Positions 12,712 through 25,598 of a stretch of DNA of 64,000 nt are shown piece after piece. How positions within the stretch are numbered: the first letter of the stretch is position 1; each line of letters starts with the position of its first letter. Under the pieces are notes generated by a model. It had not been told where the DNA came from. It saw only the letters and a list, made by a program, of their open reading frames with translations, and did not search any database. The position numbers and the translations under genes were made by a program. The stretch comes from Octopus vulgaris. Lineage: Eukaryota. The DNA is taken from the NCBI GenBank assembly GCA_951406725.2, contig OX597815.1, forward strand, positions 70,556,001 through 70,620,000. The letters run 5' to 3'.

Positions 12712-12791
12712 ACTAGATGTATGTATGCTGTGTATGTCTGTCTCTCTGTATGTATGCGTGCATGTATATATGCACGATATATATACATATA

Positions 12792-12973
12792 TTTATATAA
12801 GCTTAAAAAGCTTATGGCGATCACCGTGCAATGACTTAGGACGACTAAGTGTGTTACCTTTACACACGGATAGGAAAGCCTTTTTTTTCTGTTGAGGGCT
12901 TATGTGCCCCTTTATTAGACTATTTTCCTTAGTCATTGCACGTTGATCGCCAAAAGCTTTAAGCTTATATAAA
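12792..12973. mobile_element. MITE-like fold-back element with ~50-bp TIRs
   Basis: TTTATATAAGCTTAAAAAGCTTATGGCGATCACCGTGCAATGACTTAGGA ... TCCTTAGTCATTGCACGTTGATCGCCAAAAGCTTTAAGCTTATATAAA. Confidence 0.75.
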
Positions 12974-13419
12974 AATACCGTTATTATTATTTACAAGATT
13001 GTAAAAACGGCGCCGTATAAAAAAAAACATTCGTGTTTCGTTTCTTTTGTTCTACAAGTAAATTTATATATATATATACACATACATATATATGCATGTA
13101 TGCGTGGGTATGTATTATGCTTGCATATACGTAGGTGTATTGGTAGGTATGCATGATATTTGGATGTGTGCATATATATATGTGCATGCAGTTATGTATG
13201 TATGCTCGCATGTATGTGTGTATGTATGTATGTATGTATGTACCACACCTTGCTGGTACTAAACTCTGTTGCCAATGCAGACAAGCTAAACTGTCGCTAT
13301 ACATTTCTCCTTTCTCTCACATTGGCATCGATGATATCAGTTTTTCTTTTTTTCTTTTTTAATTGTGGGTGGGAAGAACGTCGGGAAACAAATACTCTCC
13401 ACCCACCCCTCCCATCACA

Positions 13420-13760
13420 CGCACACGAATTACTGCCGCCGCTGTCACCACTGCTTCTTTAGCTTCCCCTTACTCCCACTCCAACAATAACCGCCGCCCC
13501 AGCCGCTTTCACTGTCATCGCGGCGTCGCCACCATTGCTACATTGTCGCCACCATTGCTGCGTTACCACCACCAATGTTGAGCACTGCCGCCATTGCTGC
13601 GTCACTACCATATTTGCGCCTCTGTCACACCGGCGCTACCTCTGCCATCGCCTCCATCGCGCCTCCACCTCTATCGCCATCACTGTTATCACCAGCATCA
13701 CCATCGCCACTCTCACCGCCGAGTTGTTGCCGAATCTTCCTCGTCAGCCACCACCGATTT
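13420..13760. repeat. Degenerate (CCA/CCG/TCA)n low-complexity tract
   Basis: Cryptic trinucleotide simplicity. Confidence 0.8.
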
Positions 13761-14371
13761 GCAAAAAAACTTATACATAGTCTACGAATTTATTCTCAGG
13801 ATCCTATTTATTCAATTTTGTAAAAACCCCAGGAGGGGGCTGATATAATCAAAATCATCCGCGGTAGAATTTGAACGAAAAACAGAAAACTGCTCATCCA
13901 TCGCTGCCTTACACATTCACCCAGATACAGCGCGGGAGCCTCTACACTGACGTTTGACCTGTTAGAAACAGCAGTCAAATGTCTCTGTCTTTCTCTTTCT
14001 GTCTCCTTCTCCTCTCTCCTCAACTCTCTCTATCTTTCCGTCCCTCCCTTCACTCTCTTCCTGTCCCCATTCCACCCTTTCTCTTTCCCCTTCTCTCTCT
14101 ACCTCTTTCCCTTTCTCTCCCTTCCTCTTTCCCCTTCTCTCCCTGCCTCTCCATCTTTATATATCTGCTGTCTATCTGTCGCACACGCACCCACACACAC
14201 TTTCCCCTCTCTGTGTGTCTCTCTCTCCTTTTTCTCTCTCAAATCACACTATACCGACTTAATCCAGGAAGGTCTTCACATTGGCGGTTCTGGACTCGCC
14301 ATTTCCTCTTAAAGAAAATGTAGAAAGTTTAAGATCTTGTATTAAGGTTTGAATGACTTTGATCATATACC

Positions 14372-14603
14372 CATTTCTTTACTATCCACAAGGGGCTAAA
14401 CACAGAGAAGACGAACAAGGACAGACAAACGGATTAAGTCGATTATATCGACCCCAGTGCGTAACTGTACTTATTTAATCGACCCCGAAAGGATGAAAGG
14501 CAAAGTCGACCTCGGCGGAATTTGAACTCAGAACGTAACGGCAGACGAAATACCGCTAAGCATTTCGCCCGGCGTGCTAACGTTTCTGCCAGCTCGCCGC
14601 CTC
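14372..14603 (-). mobile_element. Full-length young SINE (MetaSINE-like family) with 12-bp TSD
   Basis: TSD TGATCATATACC at 14360-14371 and 14604-14615; tRNA-like head GGCGGCGAGCTGGCAGAAACGTTAGC...GTTCTGAGTTCAAATTCC on the minus strand. Confidence 0.92.
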
Positions 14604-15335
14604 TGATCATATACCTACTTACTCAAAGCCGACTTGGGGCTAAACGACAGCAAGGACAACAACAATGACAATACTCGTAGGAAGAGAATAACCGATTGAG
14701 TGAACGTCAGATGTCTGTGGCGGCGTATGTTTGGAACACGAATGTAAAAGGGAGATAGACGAAAACTTGAAATGCTGTCGTGATGCATTCAATCTTGGAG
14801 CTTAACGCTCCACGGTCCCATTACTGCTGCTTTTGTTGCTGCTACTACTACTACTACTACTACGTGCTGCTGCTGCCGCTGATGTTGAGGACAAATAGAC
14901 TTGCTGAACAAAGGCAACTCAAAATAACTTTACAATACAAAAAGAGAAAATATTCGCAGATATGACGTGGCAGATACAGATACAGCAAAGCACACATACA
15001 TACGCTCACAAACATACTGAATAAAATATCTTTAAAGAGTTGAGTTAACCAGTATAATCATAATTTTTAAAAAATATATCTTTATATTTCCCTTTAGGAC
15101 ACGAAAGATGAATTTTACACACACATACACACGCGCGCGCACACATACACATACAAACACACAAATGATCTGACATTGGTTCTCTCTCACTTTCTCCTCT
15201 CCCTTTGCCCCTCCTCGTTTTGTTTTTCGGGATCATTCTTGATTCTCATATAGCTTTGATTCTTATATGCATTGCCCATCTAGTTTTACAAGATGAACAA
15301 CGCATTTGTTTTGGCTGAGTCCAAGTTTTGTACAA

Positions 15336-15471
15336 GAGGTCGACTTTGCCTTTCATCCTTTCGGGGTCGATAAATAAAGTACCAGTTACGCACTGGGATC
15401 GATGTAATCGACTTAAATCCCTTTGTTTGTCCCCTCTATATTTAGCCTCTTGTGGGCAGTAAAGAAATATA
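15336..15471 (+). mobile_element. 5'-truncated SINE (MetaSINE-like family) with 13-bp TSD
   Basis: Flanked by TGAGTCCAAGTTT on both sides. Confidence 0.85.
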
Positions 15472-15794
15472 TGAGTCCAAGTTTCTGGCAATAATTAACC
15501 GTCGACTCTTCAGATATTGTGAGGGAACGTCTATATAGGTTTATGCCATGCTTTCCCTTGTCTCCGCGATGTTGCCGAAGCAGTAGACGTAGAAGGTTTG
15601 CTCATAATCCGACATATTGGAGCGAACTGAGAACGTACATATTGGTGGCATGCGTGTTCATATTTTATGAGAGAAGTAGTCTGCTGCCATCTACAGCCTG
15701 TGCTGTGCATAACAGTATTCTAACGTATTTCAATCATTAATAACGCGATTTTGTGGTGAGTGGGGTGGTACAAACGGAAGTCTTTCCGCTTTAT

Positions 15795-16385
15795 CTCTTT
15801 ATCTTTTAACTTACTTTTTTTCAGTGATTCCACTACGGCTATGCTGGCACCACCCTGAAGGGTATTAGTCAAACAAATCGACCCCAGTGTTTATTTATTG
15901 CTGAACCGCTAAGTTACGAGGAATGTAAACAAAACATCAACGGTTGTCAAGCGGTTGGGGGGGATAGGAAAAACACAAACATACACGTATGTATTAGTGT
16001 GTCTTTGCATACACATATGTATATATGCATATATATATATATGCGATGGGCTTCCACGCAGTTTCCTTCTATCAAATTTACTCAAGCATTGGTCGGTTCC
16101 TGGCTAAAACAGAAGACACTTGCCCAAAGCATGACGCAGTGGAACTGACCCGAAACTAAGTGGTTCCAAAACAAGTTTAGTAATGGAAACGAGAGCCATT
16201 TTTAGTCGACCAAACCCATTCCAGTGTTTAATTATTGCTGAACTGCTAAGTTACGGGGACGTAAACAAACTAACACCGGTTGTCACAAAAGTCGAGGTGG
16301 GACAAGCACAAAGACACACACACACGTGTCTATGTATGTGTATATATGCATATATGTGTGATGGGCTTCCACGCAGTTTCCATGC
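15795..16385 (-). mobile_element. Two older CORE-like SINE copies
   Basis: GCTGAACCGCTAAGTTAC, GGTTGTCAAGCG and GATGGGCTTCCACGCAGTTTCC blocks each occur twice. Confidence 0.75.
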
Positions 16386-16391
16386 TTTACC

Positions 16392-16620
16392 CATGGATCC
16401 CTTTGATTCTTATTTTGCTTGGGTGGACCCTCATAGTAATTTCAATATTTGAAAAATCATATATTTCTATAATTAGATATTATTAGGAATAGCATTTAAC
16501 AAAATTCTTAAAACATTTTGTGTAATGTAAAAGTATAACAACATTATTGCAGATAAATTTTAACAACAAACGCTTATGTGGACCTCCAAGTGTCATATGG
16601 ACACCGGTTGAGAACTACTG
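16392..16620. mobile_element. hAT/Charlie-like non-autonomous fragment
   Basis: Right end GGACACCGGTTGAGAACTACTG resembles the CAGTGGTTCTCAACC-type TIR; GTGGACCC subterminal motifs. Confidence 0.55.
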
Positions 16621-18343
16621 TTTTTAGCAAAGAATATTATATAGGACAATTATTGTCCATAATAGTTGTGACGGAAATATCGCATCATGACCTTATATGT
16701 TAACATTTGTCAACAAAAAACAAAATTATTTATATTCTTTAAAAAAATGGGGGAAAATTCACCAGAAAGTATGTTGTTGTTAGACCTAAGAATCGATGAT
16801 CAAAATCTGAAACTTTCAGAATTAGATACTTTTATTTTATGTATTGGAAGATGATGATGTTTCTAGGATAGAAGGGCAACAAATAGGCGGGGCTACGTGG
16901 GTATATTATTTAACGTGTTGGTGGATATTCACTGATCCGACATCAGGGTTTTTATTTCCTTTTTTAAGATAATAATGGATTCTGGTTGCGGTTTCTTGCA
17001 GGGCGAAGAACCACGTAGAAATTCACTGGTTAGCTCGGTCTAAATTTTTAGAGATCTTTCAAGTAACATTCTGTTCTTCTTCCGATTTCTCTTCGAATCT
17101 ATTTTTATTGTTATCCTTGGGGAAAGTCATTTTTTTTTTAATTGGCAAAAGATGACCATCCCCAAGAACTGATCAGGTTGTTGTAGCCACGATCGTAAAA
17201 TCGTGGCAGATCGTGGGTTCGATTCCTGAACAACTGGATGGTGTGTTCAGTGCTTGAGCAAAACACTTCATTTCACGTAACTCCAGTTCACTCACCTGTA
17301 AATAAGTTCCAGTAATAGCTAGGAAAGTAACCCTGTGATGGACCTGCATTCCATTCAAGGGGAAGTGTTGTAATCTCAATTATAGAACATGAAAATTGGG
17401 TAGGCCCCGGTTTTATGAGACCTATAGCTAATAACAGACTAATAAACATTTGAATACTGAAAAAACATGTGAGTGAGTGAGTGAGTAAGCAAGCGAGTGA
17501 GTGAGTGAGTGAGAAATGTGTTTTAAATGGCAGCTGATGCAAAATTTTGTAAATCAGGTCAGTTTGTTCCTGCAGCGTCCATTTGCAGAAGAAACAGTGA
17601 TTTCTGGTGAATTCAACCTATTTGCTTTCACCTACGAAGCCTAAATTTTGAACTTACGCAATTTCGCTTTAGATGATTTAAAAAATTGTTTTTGGTTAAA
17701 TGAAAAAAATCTCAATAAAATAATGAAGGGACCTCTTCTTTAACGCCCTGGAGTGATTTCTAAAAAATTATTTTTCATTAAATGTTATTTAAATTAACAA
17801 TTGAGGAAATATTGATTACTTAAATTAGCACAAATTTCTCAGAAAGGAAAACAATCGAACGAATTGATCGCCCGGGATTTATCGACTCGAGAACAATGAA
17901 ACCAAAATCGAAAGAAGGAACTGAATTTAGAATGTACAAACACAAAAGCATTTTATTCTTTTATTCTCGTTATTCTGTGATTCCGTTATTCTTTAACTTG
18001 TTTCAGTCAGTGGACTGAGGCCATGCTAGAGCACCGCTTTGGAGGGTTTGATTGATAAAAGTGATACCAGTTCTTATTTACAGACTGGAACTTATTCTGC
18101 TGGTCGTTTTTTTATCAAGACGACCCGGTAAGGTACGAGAACGTAAAGAAACTAACACCGATTGTCCCGCTATGAATGACAAACAAATACAAAGAAACAT
18201 ATACACATCATACATACATACATACATACATACATACATACATACATACATACATACACACACACACAAAACACACACATATATATAATTGGAATATATA
18301 ATTCGAAAAATATAACACGCACACACACACACACACACTTGTG

Positions 18344-19634
18344 CACGAAGGTCTGCTGCAAAAGTTCATAGGCTGACCTAGATACTCTCATTGAATGTGA
18401 CCAAATGAGGTTTATTTTTCAACATAGTACCCTTTGCGGTCCACATACTTCTTCCATCGGTGTTGCAGTTCTTGAATTCCGTTGATGAAGAAGCTTTCAT
18501 CCTGTTGGTCAAAAACGTTATTAACAGCAGATGTAGCGTCACCATCACTGCGACACTGGTTTCCAGTCAACTGCTTTTTCATGTTGGAGAACACAGATAG
18601 TCAGATGAGGCCAAATCAGAAGAATAAAGATGGCAATTAACCACTTGAAAGCCACAGTCACATAAAACGGTAATTGAAACCTAGGACTTATGTGCTGGAA
18701 CATTGTCCTGATGAAACAAGACCTTTTTCGTCAGCTTTCCAGGGCGTTAAGACTTGATAGCCTTCCATAACTGCGCCAGCAAGTTAGCATAGTACATTCC
18801 ACTGATGGTGTACTCTTTTTGAAGATAGTAAACAGAATGCCGTTTGCATCTCAAAAAACTGAGTCCATGACTTTCCTTGTAGATGAAACGACCTTGGCCT
18901 TCTTTGAAGCAGGTGAGAATGGGTGTTTCTACAGCATGGATTGTCTCTTTGTCTCTATATCAAAGTGGTGAAACCAATACTCATCCTGGGTTACGAAACG
19001 TTCAAAGAAATCAAATGGACCTGCTTCAAACAATGTCGGATTTCCCTGTGATATGATCAGCCTGGTGCACTTTTGATCAGGTGTCAGAAGACGTGGCAAC
19101 CACGGAGCAGAAACCTTCGTCATACCATGTTTATTGTGCCTAATATTCCCAACTCTCTCACGGGATATGCTAACAGCATTGGCTATTACATTTATAGTCA
19201 ATCGCCTGTCATCCAATAGCATGTAGTGAACACAATCAATGTTTTCCTCGGTGGTGGTAGTTATAGGACGTCCAAACCTTGGGCCGTCTTCAAGACTCTT
19301 CGTTTCCCTCTTAAATTCAGTTGCCCACTTTTGCACTGTTGATAAAACTGAAACATTATCTATTAATATAGCAACCACATCAGCATGAATATCGTTGAAG
19401 GCTAAATCCTTTTTTCTGCAAGTACTTGATAACACTACAATGTCAAATTTTGTCAATTTCCAAGAGAAGCAGCTATTTGTTACATTCGATGTCTTCTTTG
19501 AACAGTCAGACGTAAGATTATCTGGGAAGATGCTATGCAGTTATTAACAAGAAGAAACTTGTGCATGCAAGATTTCACAGCTCTAACACCACTCCTTCAT
19601 GGACAGCCTATGAACTTTTCAGCCAACCATTGTA
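18344..19634 (-). mobile_element. Full-length decayed mariner (DD34D-type) transposon
   Basis: TIRs CACGAAGGTCTGCTGCAAAAGTTCATAGGCTG / CAGCCTATGAACTTTTCAGCCAACCATTGTA. Transposase motifs WLPRLL, TQDEYWFHH, YSSDLASSD (YSPDLAPSD) and GIQELQHRWKKYV. Confidence 0.93.
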
Positions 19635-19858
19635 TATATAAATATATATGTATTTTGACATTGTAGTGTTATCAAGTACTTGCAGAAAAAAGGATTTAGC
19701 CTTCAACGATATTCATGATGATGTGGTTGCTATATTAATAGATAATGTTTCAGTTTTATCAACAGTGCAAAAGTGGGCAACTGAATATTATATAATATTT
19801 TACTATAAAATTGGATTCAGTCCTAAATCTGATTTTTCCCTGTAGAATATACATATCA

Positions 19859-20044
19859 CCAAGTTACTCTGGTGATATGTATGTATGTATGTATATAGGA
19901 ATACAAAAAATGGGACAAGAACGCAAAACATCCAGACAAATGATACAGCCTTATATATAAGGCTGTATCATTTGTCTGGATGTTTTGCGTTCTTGTCCCA
20001 TTTTTTGTATTCCTATATACATACATATCACCAGAGTAACTTGG
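19859..20044. repeat. Near-perfect palindrome centred on CCTTATATATAAGG
   Basis: The ~90-bp arms match except for (TATG)n copy number. Confidence 0.95.
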
Positions 20045-21218
20045 AACTTATGAAAGAAAAGCTTTATATTATAAAGAACGTATGAAACAAAAGCTAACTT
20101 TTAGTCTGAAAACAAGCATAGGGGTTTAGAATAAACTTTTGAAAAGGCTTTGCCCGGGCAAGTGGTTAATGAATTGACTTAACAGAATTTGCCCTTACTT
20201 TGCCATGGCCGCTGGACAAGCTTAAAATATTTTAAACCGTTTTAATTTTATTAGATATGATAATCTGTGCCTCTTTTCGATTCTTATTTGGTATGTATTT
20301 AAACATTCGCGTAGCCTGACAAGGTAGTCCACCATGGGCTATATTTTTCCTATTTTAAGTGCGGAGCAGGTGGCACACATCAGTGTATCGTGTAGTTTTC
20401 GTGAATGAGCTTTTGTGAAGTGGTCTATTTCATAAGCAGCCGTCACGAAATATCATCGCAATACAATTACATGGGAATGGAGGGTGATCACACATGCGCG
20501 CTCGCGCTTTGTATTGACTGTCGGAAGAAAGAGTACTCAGTAGTAGAGTAGTGATTAATAATAGATTCTGATGTGTACGTGTGTAGGGAAAATCAAAATA
20601 GAACACGGAAACGATTAACGGAAAAGGATAAAGGACAAATACACATATAAATCCGCTCATCAGCTATGGAAGCCAGAGTACAAACGCAGTTTCGGGGCGT
20701 TTATAGTTCGAAAACTTTAAATTCTACATTAGTTCTCGTCTGGTTTCGCCAGCGGTATAGAGAATATCAGTAAAGTGACAGGCAAACAAGGACAGCAATA
20801 TACAAGTGAGACCGAAAATCACGGATAGAAACAAAGGGAAAATGTCATTATCTAAAGATGCGAGAATAGTCAACGCCCTACAAATGGTACTTCATGATGG
20901 GTGATCTCAGCAGCTGGCAGGGAAACAGACCGTCCATTTTGGAATTGTTGCGCCGCGCAGACAACGAGAGTACTGCAGCTGGGTTGTTTAATGAATGCAT
21001 AGGAGAGGTATATGAAAGCTATGGTGAAGAGATGACAGGTGTGAGGAAAGGGGAGACGAGACGTTCAAATGATCCCGACTAAACTCGGTAGTTAATCGGT
21101 TTATAGTTACGCTTAAAGGGACTTTTGAATCAGCTTGTATCTACTGTTAGATTATGTAGTTATCATGATTTCTTTCTCTCTTCATATGTGAATGTGTATT
21201 TGTGTGCGTAGGGGATTC

Positions 21219-21252
<34 letters not shown>

Positions 21253-21993
21253 TTCCTATGTGTGTGCGCACGTGTATGCGTATTCAAGGCCTGCAATACT
21301 GAGAGGAGTAGGTTTATTAATACATCTAGCCCCAATACTTGTTTCACAGATAATTTTATTAACCCTGAAAAGATGAAAGGTAAAGTTGACCTCAGTGGAA
21401 CCTGAATTCTGAACATAAAGATCCAGAGCAAATACTTGCCTTAACAATCATACCTGCTGTTTTGATAAGAGGGAGTAGAGTTAGTCAATCAAATTAACCC
21501 CAGTATTTCACTGGTATTTTATTTTATTCCTCCTCCTCTGAAAGGAGGAAAAGTAAAGTGTGCTCTGGTTAGATTTGTGTGTGTGTGTGTGTGTGTGTAA
21601 CATGTGTGCGTCGGTTCGTGTTTGTGTAGGGAGGTTCAGTTGTGTGAGCGTACGTGTATGAGGGAGTTCCTCCGTATGTACGTGTGTATGCCATCGCGCG
21701 TGTATCTGTGTAAGCAAACGCGTGTAATATGTGTGTAGGGCGGTTCATGCGCAAGCGCGCGTGTGTAATACTTGGTTATACGTGTGTGTGTGTGTGTGTG
21801 TGTGTGTGTATCGGTTCGTATGTGTAGCGTTTGTGTACGTATGTCGGGGGCTTTGGGGCTGACTGTATTTTGCAGCATACTTCGATATTTAACTTAAACT
21901 GACACAAATCAATAGCTAGAACGCTGACACATGTTTTACGTTTATGCATCAGTTTAATTATCCCAACACATCTGCATCAGAGGACCTTCCCCA

Positions 21994-22049
<56 letters not shown>

Positions 22050-22055
22050 CATGAT

Positions 22056-22705
22056 AATTTCTTTCGATACCGGTCCGTTTGAGACTGCCCCTTAGTTCTA
22101 TTATAAAACTTCTTGTTTTAAAACTGATCCCAATTAAAACCCGCAATCAAATTTCCAAGTTAAAATATGTTCCAGATTTCAGCTTAATAGCGACAAAGTT
22201 CTTTTACTAAATTCTTTATTATTTTCTAAATTAATTGAAACAAAAGCACTGTATTTCAACAGAGATACGGTAACAAAAGGGTTAAAGTTTTCTAAATTAA
22301 AATCTTCCACCAAAATTTCATGTTAATTTATTTTCCGCACACGAACTTACTCGTGACTAAATTATTTTACTAAATGCTTTGTTATTTCCAATTATTTCAA
22401 ATTTTTGCTACAAGGGCAGCTCGAGGGAGGTGGTGATGAGACACTTACATCGACCCCAGTGTTCAACTGGTACTTATTTTATCGAGCCCGAAAGGATGAA
22501 AGGCAAAGTCGACCTCGGCGGAGGTTATTTTCAAATTTAATCGAATCAAAGCTAGTATGTTTCAATAGAAATATGGTAATAAAAGGGTTTAAGTGATCTA
22601 AATTAAAACCTTCCATCAAAATTTGATGTTAATGGTCTAATCACCAGTTTAATAATGAATGTTATTTTACTAAGTTCTTCATTATTTTTAAAATTGATTA
22701 AAACA
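22056..22705 (+). mobile_element. piggyBac-like MITE followed by two tandem copies of its right part
   Basis: Three TTTTACTAAA-containing units, two ending in the AAAGGGTT(T)AA terminus; homologous to the TTAA-flanked element at 44894-45104. Confidence 0.7.
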
Positions 22706-22868
22706 GGCGTAGGAGTGGCTGTGTGGTAAGTAGCTTGCTTACAAACCACATGGTTCCGGGTTCAGTCCCACTGCGTGGCACCTTGGGCAAGTGTCTTCTA
22801 CTATAGACTCGGGCTGACCAAAGCCGTGTGAGTGGATTTGGTAGACGGAAACTGAAAGAAGTCCGTCG

Positions 22869-22929
<61 letters not shown>

Positions 22930-23150
22930 GCGTGTGTGTGTGTGTTTGTGTGTCTGTGTTTGTCCTCCCAACATCGTTTGACAACCGATGCTGGTGTGTT
23001 TACGACCCCGTAACTTAGCGTTTCGGCAAAAAAAACCGATAGAATAAGTACTAGGCTTACAAAGAATAAGACCCGGGGTCGATTTGATCGACTAAAGGCG
23101 GTGCTCCAGCATGGCCACCGTCAAATGACTGAAACAAGTAAAAGAGTAAA
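22706..23150 (+). mobile_element. Full-length CORE-like tRNA SINE
   Basis: GGCGTAGGAGTGGCTGTGTGGTAAG (A box), GGTTCAGTCCC (B box), CACCTTGGGCAAGTG, internal (TA)n(TG)n, tail GAAACAAGTAAAAGAG. Confidence 0.92.
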
Positions 23151-23232
23151 ACAAAATAAGATAATTTCAACAGAAAGGGTAAATGTGGTTATTGCCTTCT
23201 CACCTGTTTTCTATACATTCTTCAGAATCAAC

Positions 23233-23420
23233 CACAGCAGCAGCAGCAGCAAAAACAACTACTATAACGATGAAGACAACGGCAACGACGACGACGACGA
23301 CAACAACAACATCAACAACGTCAGCTATAATAATGACGATAACAACAACGTCGACAACAACAGCAGCAGCAGCAACACAGTAATAGCAACAAGAAAGGCC
23401 AACAACAAGAACAACAAATA
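23233..23420. repeat. Compound (CAG)/(CAA)/(GAC) trinucleotide tract
   Basis: Direct inspection. Confidence 0.9.
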
Positions 23421-23852
23421 TGGCTGACACACTATCACGAAATTCAACGTTCCATTATAGTCCTGTATGATGATTTCGTCACTTAAAAAAATCTTATTAT
23501 CCAATCTGACCTTATTTTGAGATATGTCTTATGACTAATGGCATAAATATTTAGAGGGATATCAATGTTGGATTGGGGCAACTCATGGCCATAATGAGTC
23601 AGGAGCTCAGCTATGTTTGACTCATCGATGTCTTCAATAACACGGCTCATAGTATATAATGGTACAATGCAGTGAAAGGGGGACACTTTCATTTTTCAAG
23701 CACCATTTGAGATACCTCCTTTCCTTCCTATGCTCAACCACAACCGCTTGACATGTTTGCATATTTTTAGTGTATGTATAAATGTATGTATGTATGTATG
23801 TATGTATGTATGTATGTATGTATGTATGTATGTATGTATATATATATGTATA

Positions 23853-23928
<76 letters not shown>

Positions 23929-23933
23929 TGTGC

Positions 23934-23965
<32 letters not shown>

Positions 23966-23967
<2 letters not shown>

Positions 23968-24271
23968 AGGCGCAATGGCCCAGTGGTTGGGACAGCGGAT
24001 TCACGGTCGTAGGACCGCGGTTTCGATTCCCAGACCGGGCGTTGTGAGTGTTTATTGAGCGAAAACACCTAAAGCTCCACGAGGCTCCGGCAGGGGATGG
24101 TGGTGATCCCTGCTGTACTCTTTCGCCACAACTTTCTCTCACTCTTTCTTCTGTTGGCCTGCTCGCTTAGCCAGCGGGGTGGCATCATTTGAAGGCTAAA
24201 ACAATGCGAAGCGCATTGTGTCCAGCGATGTGTAGCAACATCTGATAGCCTGGTCGGTCACGGTGATCACG

Positions 24272-24276
<5 letters not shown>
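23966..24276 (+). mobile_element. tRNA-derived SINE (third family) inserted in a (TG)/(TA) microsatellite
   Basis: A box TGGCCCAGTGG, B box GGTTTCGATTCC, tail CACGGTGAT-CACGGTGAT. Confidence 0.85.
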
Positions 24277-24335
<59 letters not shown>

Positions 24336-24387
24336 ATATCTTTACCTATCTATCTTTACACACGCACACGCACACGCGCGCACGCAT

Positions 24388-25598
24388 AAGGTGTCCCCAC
24401 AAAACTGAATGAATATAAAGTCAGAGTTTATTAAAATCGATTTCATTTTCGAAATTTAATAGAATCTACAGAGAGAATTTGACTTTTTGTGAATGCTTGT
24501 TTTCAAACTGATGACCGTTCTGGTCCAAGCAGTACTGATAACGCGAAGTAATGGAATCGCAAACATCAAAAAACATTTTCGGTCGGTTTTTTGCTCATTT
24601 TCGTTCAATGGCTGCCTTCAGTTCGATGACTGTAGCTGGTTTTGTGCAAAATTTTATCTTGTAAGTATCCCCAAAAAAGTAAGTCTAGTGGTATGAAATC
24701 CAGTGATCGCAGATGATGTTCTACAGAGCCTCTTCTTTCAATCCACCCGTTTGGTAAAATCTCGTCAAAGTAGATTCTTACATTAGTGTAGTAGTGTGTA
24801 TGTGTAGAGGGGGGGGGACTACCTTGATGGCGATAAAAATCTACATCTTCAAAGTTCTCATGAATACTTGGCATGACAAATTGTCGCCGCAAGTTCAAAT
24901 AAATAGGACCTAAAAAAAGAGTGATCTAATTAACATTTTTGTGATAAACCACACCACGCTATAACTCCTAGTAAATTAATACGATGTTCTTCCATAATTC
25001 GCCGATTCTCAGGTTTCCAGTAAGTGCAATTGTGGCGGTTAATTAAGCCACGTAATTTAATTGGAGCCTCATAATGCCAAACAATATTTGCTGGAAACGG
25101 TGCCTTTTCTGTACCTCTTGTCAAGTACCACACTCAAAACTCTACTCTTCGACCTGGATCATCTTCACTGACAGCATAGACTATTCTTGGAATGTAACTT
25201 TTCCAAAGAACAACACTTCAAAATGCGGTGGACGCTTGATTTTGAAATCCCTAGCTTGCTCCACGAGTTTTCCTGAACTCTGGCAATACATTTTACTACC
25301 CTTTCGTGTTTCGTGGGACTCGTCGTTTCTTATGGACTACTCTGAAGTTTTATCTGCTTCAAACTTATGTCTAATTCGAGTGATGGAGTAGCGTTGGTGA
25401 ATCTTTTTGAAATCCACTTTTAAACTGCCTTTGCACTTCGAATGTGTTTTCAAACTTCTAGTACCACGTTAGCATTTTTTTTTTGTTCAAAGCTTAGTCT
25501 GGTTCCCTTCATTATCTAAAATGGGTTGAATTTAAAAAAAAAAATGAAATTTGAGTTCTCAGTTTTTAAAATGTGTATATATTTTTGGGAGACACCTG
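24388..25598 (-). mobile_element. Decayed Tc1/IS630-like DNA transposon
   Basis: Imperfect TIRs AAGGTGTCCCCACAAAA / TTTTTGGGAGACACCTG-TA. Transposase remnants GLINRHNCTYWKPEN, GVIAWCGLS and WIERRG...RSLDFIPLDLLFWGYL. Confidence 0.85.

Noticed and set aside
20650-20702. Minus-strand GAAA...CTGATGA as a type II hammerhead
   Set aside because: Stems I and II contain mismatches next to the core.
20880-21140. Possible LINE RT remnant on the minus strand
   Set aside because: Similarity too faint to support without a profile search.
23466-23510. C/D box snoRNA (ATGATGA...CTGA); similar case at 43783-43840
   Set aside because: Too short, no clear terminal stem or recognisable rRNA guide.
23483-23692. 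69-aa minus-strand ORF with protein-like composition
   Set aside because: No recognisable family motif or convincing splice sites.
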